A stretch of DNA of 64,000 nt, from assembly GCA_016748015.1 (NCBI GenBank), contig JAAOMT010000328.1:310001-374000 (forward strand), given 5' to 3'. This DNA comes from Geosiphon pyriformis uo1. Taxonomy: Eukaryota; Fungi; Glomeromycota. The position numbers were made by a program, and so were the translations under genes. The notes beneath the pieces were generated by a model. It made no database searches. It was not told the origin of the DNA and worked only from the letters and a program-made list of their open reading frames with translations. This document shows positions 1 through 10,159 of the stretch, piece after piece. Positions within the stretch are counted from its first letter, which is position 1. Each line of letters starts with the position of its first letter.

Positions 1-3000
1 AAAGCAAAAAATGCAAATGGTTGGATTGCAGCAAGAATGCTCAAAACGATCCCATATTTTTTCCAAAAAACTGCAGAAGAATGGTTTGAAAACTTAGAAG
101 AACCATTTGAAAACTGGCAAGCATTTAAAGATGCTTTCTTAAAACAATTCACTAACAATAACATCTCTATTACTCTCTGCAATCGCTTTCGCAATATCAA
201 ACAAGAAACATCTGAAACTGTCATAACTTATCTTGGAAGATTCAACAAACTTCTTCAACAGATTTGACAATTGGAGACCAATGATTATTATTCTGATGCT
301 CAGATTCTGGACCAATTTATAGCAGGGTTAAAAGACAAACTGATTAAGAAAGTCTGTCCACATGCTCCAGCAGACTTAGCAACTGCTATTAGACATGTAA
401 AGAGCTATGAAATGGCAATAGAAGAAGCAAATCACACCAAGCTTGTAAACCTTGCAATTGAAGAAACCAGCTCAGCAGCTGAAGAGAAAATAGACCAACT
501 CACAAAAAAGGTTGAAAGCTACTTTACAAACCAACAACAACAGCAACAACAACCACAAAAATATCAACTCCCACAACAATGCAACCAAAACAATTTTGGA
601 TTACCATCCAACAACCAACCTCAAAATTGTCATTATTGTGGAATTCCAGGACACTGGAAACAAGATTGTAGAAAATTACAAAAAGACCAACAAAACAGAA
701 GTAATCAACGTTATTCTTTACCACAACAATCCTATTACCAATCTCCACCACCAACCTATTATTCACCAAGATCACAAAATCAAAACAGTTACTATCCACC
801 AGCTTCACAACCAATGCAGCAATAATATCAGCAACCTTTACCAATTCAGCCATATCAGACACCACCCACTCAATAATATCAAATACTAGCAAGAAGATTG
901 GTTCAACATAACCAATTCACACCCCAAAATCAATTGCAAAATAACCACAACAGAATCAATTCAAATAACCAGTTGGTTCCCCAAAATTCTGGTCAGCAAA
1001 GACCCAATCACTATCACACTCAACCCAGTTATCTTACAATACCAGAGGAATCGGATTTTCAACAAACTGCACTTTCTGAAGATGAAGTTGCAGTGCCAAG
1101 ATCAAACCCTTCCAACCACACCATTTCACCAGCTCAAATTGCCCAAAATACCAATCTGTCAGATATATTTCCATTTAAATTTGAAGCAAATGAATCATCA
1201 TTTCTGCTTAGTAATGCAGCAGTCAATAAACAGAAAGCAATTACTGCTATGTACACAGAAGCTATAGTGGAAGGAAAACCCATTCGCTTAATCTTAGATA
1301 GTAAATCAGCTGGAAGTATCATCACTTACCAGTTGATGCAACAACTCAAATGAAACATAGACAGACCAGCTTAAACAGTTATTGTTACAGCTGATAGTAT
1401 AAAGAAGACTCCAGTAAGAGAAATTGATAATTTTCCCTTTTCAATTGATGGAATCACCATTCCAGTTAAAGTTCTTGTTATAGATATACCCCAATACCAA
1501 GCTCTAGTCGGAAATGATTGGCTTCTCAAAGCCAATGCAAACCTGAACTGGAAAACTCAAGAACTTAAAATCTTATACCAAAGACAATATACCATAGTAC
1601 CTGTAATCTGTGGTACCTTTAACAAACAATCAGAAAAAGCCCCAGTATTTGAACTTGAAGAGGAGAAAGAAATGCCACTTACTAAAACCTACATGGCTCT
1701 TGGATTAACATCCAATTGGGCTGAAGAAACAGAACAGGAGATTTTTAAAGAATCAAGAGGATAGAAAAAAGTTAGATATTCTACACCAGAACCACGGAAA
1801 CAACCACCCTATATTCCACTCAAATGCAAAGATTGCAACAAAAAACTTTCATCAATGGGAGCATGTATTTCTCCAGAAGAAGAATATGAAACTTGTACCT
1901 GTTACTTTTGCAAAGCATGTCATAGAGAACGATTTGGATCTCCAAAAAGAAGTGGAAAATGGAACAACACACCTTGTTTTACATGTGGAGAAATGCTACT
2001 AGAAGAATGCAATTGGATTAATGTAGCAATGAAAGGAGGAATATGTAATCAAATCTGTCAATATGCTCTATCAATTTCGGAAAAAGTCAGAAGAGGAACA
2101 CTATTTGATGCAGCATACAACAGTGCTTTTAATAAAATTTACCACTATTCTTATGATGCTGAAATGATTTTTGACTTAGCAATGGCATTGATCAATGGAG
2201 CCACCCAAGAAGATGTCCGCCAAATAAAAGAAGCTGAATATATTGAGTATACTATGGAATTAGCTGGATTTGATTATGAAGATGAAGTAGAAACCTACCA
2301 CCAAATTGCAAGCCACACATATCCGACCAAAGAAGCTCAAATTCAACAATTAAAGCAAATGAACATTCAATTGTGTGAAGAATGTGTTATGCCTTGTGAT
2401 GACCAATAGTGTTTAGAATGTTATGCTCTTAGCATTCCTTTGCCAGATAAGAATGATGAAAATGAAATCGAATTTGGAGTATCTGAACTAGTAGAAGAAC
2501 TACCAACCACTCCCATCTATTTTCGTGAAAAGCAACCACCTTTACAACTTAAATATTTTGACAACCATGGCCAAGGAATCAGACCAGAAAAAGCACACGA
2601 AATTGATGCTAGATATGACCTAAAATACCCAGGAAAAGATACTTTGGTTCTCCAACCAAAGTTCTTGACAAAAATTAATCTCAAAATTGCTTTTGAAATT
2701 CCACCAGGAGCAATAGTTCAAATTGCCTCCAGATTATTATTGGCAAGCAAAGAAATCAATATTAGAGGAGGAGTTATAGATGCAGGATACACTGGAGACA
2801 TTACCATCATGTTACAGAATGAGACAAACAAACCATTCAAAATTGAACATGCTGAAAAAATTGCTTAAGCAATTTACTTACTCTTAATCAACATTTCGGG
2901 TTTACAATCAGTAAACAACAGAGAACAATTGGGAAAAAGTGAAAGAGAAACTCAAGATTTTGGTTCAACTGGACAATTTACAGTTCCAGTAAACATAGCT

Positions 3001-4821
3001 CTCAATACACAAAATGAATCTCACCAGATTCTTCAACTTCTCCAGCCAATTACCATTTCACCTTTTGGAGAACATCACGAAATTTACACTTGTTCAAAAC
3101 CCACCACTACACAACAAATCTTTGAATCCAATGAACAAATCTGTTTGAAGCATGAAATCTCAATTCCAAACGTTTATATTTCCAAAGAAATGAAAAAATT
3201 TCAAGTTACATTCTACAACTCCAATAATTACCCTATTGTCTTATTAAACAAACTAAAGATTGGAATCATACACAGCAATATTTTTCAAGATGAAAACCCT
3301 TAAATTGTCTCTAATTTCATCGAAATTGTAAGGCACACTCTACTTCTAAATCCAAATATCATTCCCACTACTGAAAACTACCACTTTTTGGAAGAAAAAC
3401 TCTCTTGAATCAACATGGGTCCCTTAGAACCTCAACAACAAAGACAATTAAAACAATTAATAACTGAATTTGCAGATATATTTGCAAAAGACAACAATAA
3501 CTTGGGAAAAACAAACATTGTTCAACATCAGATCCATAAAAGAGATGCTTCACCAAAATGTCAACAAGCTTATCGAATGCCACCTGCCAGCCACCAATTC
3601 ATCAGAAAAAAGGTCCAAAGAATGCTCAATAATGGATTGATTTAACCATCAAAAAGTCCTTGGGCCTTACCAGTAGTTTTAGTTAAAAAAAAAAACGGAA
3701 AAATCAGATTCTGTGTTGATTATAGACAACTGAATAGTATTACAATTGGAGATGTCTACCTTTTTCCAAGAATTGATGACATGCTAGATGCTCTAGGAAA
3801 AGCCAAGTTCTTTTCAACTTTAGACTTGGAAAGTGAATACTGGCAAGTCGAAATGGACCCAAAAAACTGACCCAAAACAGCATTTACCATCCAAGGAGGA
3901 AACTATGAGTTTAATGTTATGTCTTTTAGATTCTGCAATGTACCAGCAACATTCCAGCGACTCATAGATATTGTATATGAAAGACTCTTGTGGCAATCAG
4001 TAGTTGTCTATTTTAATAACACTAATGTATACTCACCAAGCTTTGAGACTCATCTCATTTACCTACAAGAAGTTTTTCAACAATTATGGAAAGCAGAATC
4101 AAAGTTAAACATTAAGAAATGTCACTTTGAAAAAACAAGCTTGATCTTTCTTGGACACATAGTTAGTAAAGATGGAGTCAAACCAAATCCAGAAACAATC
4201 AGTGCTGTCAAAAACTTTTAAACTTCTAGAAATACTACAGAACTATGAGGATTTGTAGGATTAGCCTCTTACTATTGAAAATTCATAAAAGAATTCTCAG
4301 AAATTGCCAAACCACTCAATTATCTTACCAACAAAAATGTACCATACAAATGGACTGAAGAACAACAAAAAGCTTTTGAAACTCTCAAAACAAAATTGAC
4401 AACAGTCTCAATTCTTGCTTACCCAGACTTCAACAAACAATTTCAATTAGCCACTAATGCTTCACATATAGCATTTGGTGCCATTTTATTACAATTGGAT
4501 GAAAATGGCAAGGAACAAGTTATCGCCTATGCCAGCAGAACACTCAAGCCAACAGAACTCAAATATGGCTCAACTAAATTGGAAGCCGCTGCAGTTATTT
4601 GGGCTCTTAAACATTTTCAACAATATTTGAAAAATGGAAAAGAATTTGACATAATAATGGACAACATTGGTCTCAAATGGCTCAATAAAAAAAAAACTGA
4701 ACAAAGTGCCAAACAGTCTCAATAGAATAACTTCCTAGCAGACTATAGATATATTGTATACCACAAACCAAGAAAACTATATACCAATATTGATAGTCTC
4801 TTAAGAATGAGACAAGATTAA
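1..4821 (+). pseudogene. A1 gag-pol frame: capsid-like gag, zinc knuckle, aspartic protease, Cys-rich domain, dUTPase, RT, RNase H
   Basis: ORF pieces at 37, 271, 898, 1855, 2440, 2929, 3415, 3919 and 4396 are all in one frame. Motifs: CHYCGIPGHWKQDC (628-669), LILDSKSAGS, FCVDYRQLN, YFNN for YLDD (4009-4020), TNASHIAFGAIL and IAYASR. Broken by about 17 internal stops. Confidence 0.92.
2590..2975 (+). pseudogene. dUTPase domain within A1 pol
   Basis: Trimeric dUTPase motifs: DA(R)YDL, QIASR, GGVIDAGYTGDI, KIA*(Q), and RETQDFGSTG for RGxxGFGSTG. Confidence 0.92.
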
Positions 4822-4878
4822 TACCAACAACAATTCCACCACAACTTACCAACTTTCCAACAAAATAACCAAACAAGA

Positions 4879-6264
4879 ATAGATCCCAGAAGTTACAGCA
4901 ATCTTAAAAATTATTTGAAGACTTTTACCATGTCAGAAAACTGGTTTCCAAGTGAAAAACATTGTTTACAACACCAATCCAAACAATATTTTATACACCA
5001 TAACAAAATATATTACAAAAATTGTAAAAACCCAAACCAACCACTCAGATTAATACAGGAAAATGAAAAAGAAACAATTCTATACAACATGCACACAGAT
5101 CCTTTTTCAGCACACTTGGGAAGAGATGGAACAATTCAAAGAACTCTTGAATATTATTTTTGGCCTCACATACAAAAAAACATTTGACAATATATAGAAT
5201 CTTGTGATAGTTGTCAAAGAAGAGAAGGAATTCACCCCACAAAACCTTTAAATCCAATCAAAGTTGGACAACCTTTTGACAGAGTTGGAATTGATTTAGT
5301 TGGACCATTACCTATCACAACCCAAGAAAATCATTATATTGCAATTGCAGTGAATTATCTTACCAAATGGCCTGAAGCTAGAGCCATCCAAAGAGCAGAT
5401 GCAAAATCAGTAGCAAATTTCATCTATGAAAACATTATGTGTAGACATAGATGCCCAATTGAACTTTTATCTAATCAAGGAACACATTTTGTGAACAACT
5501 TGATACAAAAAATTTGTGAATGGTTCAATGTCAAAAAACCTCTATCATCACCTTATCACCCTCAAACAAATGGACTTGTAGAACATTTCAACAGAACATT
5601 ATGTGAATCTCTAGCCAAAGTCTCAACAGACTTTGAGCAAAAATGAGATATTTTTATTCTATCAATGTTACTAGCATACAGAATGCTAAAACAAAATACT
5701 ACAAAACACACACCATTTGATCTTACTTATGGAAGAAAAACAACATTACCAATTAATTTCACAGTAGAAACATATCCAGTACAACCAATCAATAAAGAAA
5801 ACTTTCAAGAAACACTTCAAAGAAAAGCCTACACTCTTCTTAGTACACTAGAAGAAAAAAGAAGAATAGCAGCAACTCATATTGAACATTCCCAAGCTCA
5901 ACAAAAAGAAAGACATAACAACAAATTACCACCTATTACCAACAAATTTAAAGTTGGAAATAAAGTTCTCTTACACAGAACTAAGGCTGAAAAACAATGG
6001 AGTGAGAAATTTGAAAACAAATGGGATGGACCATTTTATATTCACGAAATTCTAAGCAATGGATTATACAAGTTAAAACTTAATGACAAAATATTAGCAA
6101 AAGTTGCACATGGAAACAGATTGAAATACTATCATTCTAGAAACAATCCTGAACCATTAATTCCACAAATTGGTACACATTCCCCTTTAATTAATCCTGA
6201 AAATATTCTCCGAAATTTAGAATCAATAATTATAATAGAACAACAACCAAACTTGAACACTTAA
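4879..6264 (+). pseudogene. A1 integrase (HHCC, DDE core, GPY/F)
   Basis: HTDPFSAHLG...CDSC, GIDLVGPL, SNQGTHF, YHPQTNGLVEHFN, WDGPFY; two internal stops. Confidence 0.92.
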
Positions 6265-6452
6265 ATTTTACAATAATTCTCTAATAAAAACACAAAGACA
6301 AAAATAGTAAATAAATTACAAAAACACCCAAACCCAAAAACAAATAAAAAACCCCATATCTCAAAAATAATTTTCTTTATTTTCTCTTTTCATAATTAGT
6401 CAATTTTATCATAATTATTCTCCGAAATATTCAACAAATATCCCAAAAGTTA

Positions 6453-7118
6453 ATGTTAGTTTTGAAAACACTTCCTGATTTATCCATAACGATTAATAGA
6501 AGTCAAATTAATTACGTTCAGAAAGAAACCACAGCCCCAATAGCAAATCATTTACAGAACTATCACTCCTATAGAAGAAAAACAAGAAGTCACTCTGAAA
6601 ATAGGTTACCAAGACTTTTGAAGCAAGCACTAGAAGAAAATTTTTTAATTGCTCCTATTGACATTCCACCAAATACTACAATGCAACAAAAACTTCTACT
6701 ACTTCTCAATGAACAGAACAATGAACACACCCCTATCTATAAATACTTTTACATTGGAAAGACACTTTATGAACGAAAAATGGAACTTGAAACAACAAAT
6801 CTCACTCCTGAAGCTATACAAAAACAAATCCACAATGAATTCAAAACAGCAGCTGGACTAATAAACACTTGCTACAAACTTAGAGCAGCTTTTAGACTCT
6901 ATAATTTGTTTAATACTTGTGAAAATGTTCTACAAAATCCAATACTGCAACCAATGAAAGTCCAATACATTGGCAAACTCACAGAACTGAAATTTCAACA
7001 ATTTTCAGACCAGATTACTTCAATTATTTTGGATCACTATCTCAATATTACAGATAGTGCTTGGACTTTGACGAAGCTCAGTCTTGAGAAGGAGATTATG
7101 TTACCAGTAGAATTTTAG
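6453..7118 (+). CDS. A1 ORF3, uncharacterised 221-aa accessory protein in the env position
   Basis: Open ATG ORF between IN and the 3' LTR that ends inside the LTR; homologous ORFs in A2 and family C, and more distantly in B. Confidence 0.75.
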   Translation: MLVLKTLPDLSITINRSQINYVQKETTAPIANHLQNYHSYRRKTRSHSENRLPRLLKQALEENFLIAPIDIPPNTTMQQKLLLLLNEQNNEHTPIYKYFYIGKTLYERKMELETTNLTPEAIQKQIHNEFKTAAGLINTCYKLRAAFRLYNLFNTCENVLQNPILQPMKVQYIGKLTELKFQQFSDQITSIILDHYLNITDSAWTLTKLSLEKEIMLPVEF

Positions 7119-8073
7119 CTATTAATTAGCATGAAATTACTCTTATAATTTCTATAATTAATTAGTATATTAATATTATTTCAAATTATCATTTATTATT
7201 TAATCAATTACCACATATCACGATTCAATTAAAATAATCTAATTAGTATAACAAAAAGTAGGATGATTAAATTACACAATACTCTGAACTTTGTAACATT
7301 CTAAAATTCGCCGAAATTTACAGAAATTTGCCGAAATTATGAATAGTTCATCCAAATTAATCAATAGTTCAGCAAAATAACTTGTAGTTCATCAAAATGT
7401 ATCTTTAGTTTGCCAAAATTTGAGCAAAGAGAAAAAGTGCAAGTTCATAGACTAGTACTACAACAAGTTGTATAAAAGAAGAGCTTTTTTCTTCAAGAAA
7501 ATGTATTTTACTTTAGATTTATCACTTAGAACCATTCCTACACACACAAAAAGAAATAAATATCAAATAATTCGAAAAACCAAATTCTTTAATTATTGCA
7601 CTTGGAAAATCCCCAAAACCCAACTAACGTTTTGAAATTGATTAGCTACCAATTTCAGTAAACTGTTAGTGACTCCAGGTCTGGATAGAAAACATTTCCC
7701 TTGACAAAATTCTATTTCTTTTACATTTCTTTTATTTTTTTGTATTTTTTTATTACAATCATTAGGGTAGTCTACAGACAAAATTCCTGTAGAAGAGTTG
7801 ACTTTCACAGCAAAGTAACTACACATTTTAGTGAGCTTCTAGACAAGCAATTCCTGGAAAAGAGTTGATGTTTACTACAACATAACTACATAAAGTAACT
7901 GGCAAGGAATTGGCCATTCTATTTATAAGCCCAACAAGTTCAAATTATAAAAGATAATTTGAAGATAAATTCAGTTATTGGAGGTTCAACTACTTCTAAA
8001 AAAAAAATTGTGAATTTGCAACCAACAGATATTTACAATATTCAAAAAAAGAGACCAAAAACCTTCAGTAACA
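7099..8073 (+). repeat. LTR family A (3' LTR of A1)
   Basis: TGTTAC...GTAACA termini; matches the reverse complement of 40903-41861 over its full length. Confidence 0.9.
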
Positions 8074-9186
8074 TCAGACCAAAGAAAACAACTACCAGAA
8101 GAGAAAGAATTGGCAGCAAAATAGATAAGTATTTGCTGGAAAATATAACAGCAGCAATACTTGCACCTTCTATCACAATTGGAAAAACAATTAAAGAAAT
8201 CTTGCCCATAGACAAAAACTTGTCATATGAAAGACAACTAGAACTCTATGGTTGCCTTGGTGAAATTATAGAAGACATGAAGCTCATGAAGAAAACAACT
8301 TCTAAGATACAAGTGGAAATTTTGGACATTGTATGATTAGATGTCCCAAGAGTTTTGACCATTGTAAAAAGAGCCAAAACTCTTATACAAAGATTTGGTC
8401 TCTTAGAAACAAAGCTTATTTTACCTCAAATTTTATATACCTTATCCACAAAAGACTTTAACAAATTAGTTAGTTTTGAGTTAAATAAAACTTTTCTAAT
8501 AGAGTATCTCCTAAATAGTTTGATTTTGCTGGAGCTCAATCTCTTTGGAAAGGATGATGTTATGGTTGAAATTCATAGTTTTTATTAGTTATCACATGTA
8601 TTAGCCACTAATGTCATATAATTAGCCACCCTATTTTTAAATAGTAATCATTGACCACTTTCAATAGATATATAAGTAATGGGTTTCTTAGCTATAGAAA
8701 AATATCAATATAAGGAATCAAGACAATCAAAGAAATAAAATAACAAACTTCCATCTCAAACATTCTCTTATTGCTAATTTCCCTTTTCTTACTTTCAAGT
8801 ATCTGAACATCTTTTGGATAAAAGATTACTTGTTAGTACTTTCCTGAAATGTGTAATTGCAGTATTTGAAGATTATTTGAATAAACATGACTGAAAAGCA
8901 CAAGTTGATACCTGATATCGAATTCTAAAAGCGCCGATGTGAGGCATAGAATTATACCAGTAGTTATCAATTGTTGACAGTACGGACTATCCCTCTATCT
9001 TCAGATTCCCTTGTTACCTTTTTGAAAAGAATAGCGACTGAGATATTTTATGAGACTGATCTTGCACATTGAATCCATACTTATTCAATTCACTTTTTAA
9101 AGTTGAATTCTCCTTTGATTATTTCCATCACCCTACAATCCTGTTCTCCCTTGTTATCTGTTAGCTTATTACTCCAATCTGTAACA
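8074..9186 (+). mobile_element. Family B Gypsy 3' remnant (ORF3 fragment plus LTR 8558-9186), interrupted by A1
   Basis: Homologous to 49735-50895; LTR TGTTA...TAACA; PPT-like ggaaagga. Confidence 0.88.
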
Positions 9187-9530
9187 ATATTTTGCTGATA
9201 TACATTATAATAGATTATGAAATTTTAGGTCAAAATATAGAGTTAATATAATAAAAAGTAGTTTGATTGAAAATAAAAGTGTATTACTTAAAATATACAG
9301 TAATCTGTCTAGCTTTTTTGCTGTTAGTTTTGAATTATATAAAGTTTGTTTGTTTTTTTCAAGTTTAAATAATAAATTAAGAGTTAAAATAAGTATATAG
9401 TATAGTCTTAATTGGTTTGAATAACCAGTTATGTATAGTAAGCACATAAGCCATATTTAGTTTAAATTACTTAGTTTGTTTCTATATATTAAATAATGAT
9501 TAGACTGCACTTATTAATAAATAAAAAATA
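9187..9530 (+). mobile_element. 3' end of a decayed LINE-like element
   Basis: Matches the reverse complements of 23200-23600 and 16900-17760; A-rich tail near 9520. Confidence 0.65.
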
Positions 9531-10159
9531 ATATATATATTATAATAAAGAATAAAATTAAGTTTAATAAAATTATAATTAAAAAATATTTATTTAAATA
9601 TATTAAGAATAAACAAACTTTTATTAAATGTTTTTAACCTTGAAGATAAATAAATATTTATTAACTTAAATTTATATAATTGATTATAAATTATAAAAAA
9701 CATAAGCCAAATTTTTTAAAAATATGAATATTGTAGATTTTTAGTAAAACTATACTTATTTATAACATAATAAAAAAAAGCAATTTTTGCTATTATTTAA
9801 TATTACAACAATAAGTGTTTCTTGTAATTTCAAAAGAAAGTTTTTTTTAGCATTTTATGTATTATTAATTATGTGTTTTTTAAAAACTTGAATTTTCTGT
9901 TGTTATTTATTTAATATTAAATATTTTATTAATTTTGTTTTATTACTAACAACAACAATTAATTCCAATTTGGTTATAAACAATAATATCTTTTCTAGTT
10001 TGAACAATAAAATTTAACTGTATTGTTTAACAGTTATTTTTTATTAATTATAAAAACAGTGTTTTAAATTCAAATGATTTTTTATATAAATAAAAACAAA
10101 TATATAATCATCCTATCTTTAAAAATACAGCCAACATCAAATTTCTGGGCTGAATCAAA

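Larger units (their letters stand above)
1..8073 (+). mobile_element. Ty3/Gypsy LTR retrotransposon family A, copy A1 (5' part outside the window)
   Basis: Domain order gag(CCHC)-PR-Cys-rich-dUTPase-RT-RNaseH-IN-ORF3; PPT gagaaggaga at 7086-7095; 3' LTR at 7099-8073. Confidence 0.95.

Noticed and set aside
512-892. Overlapping alternative-frame and antisense ORFs
   Set aside because: By-products of the Gln/Asn-rich gag codon composition
37-6264. Alternative genetic code explaining the in-frame stops
   Set aside because: All three stop types occur, they replace different residues (W, R, Q), and the host genes read normally
6453-7118. ORF3 as a retroviral env
   Set aside because: No signal peptide, transmembrane anchor or luminal Cys pattern
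7959-8336. 125-aa ORF as a real gene
   Set aside because: Chance read-through from LTR A (to 8073) into family B ORF3
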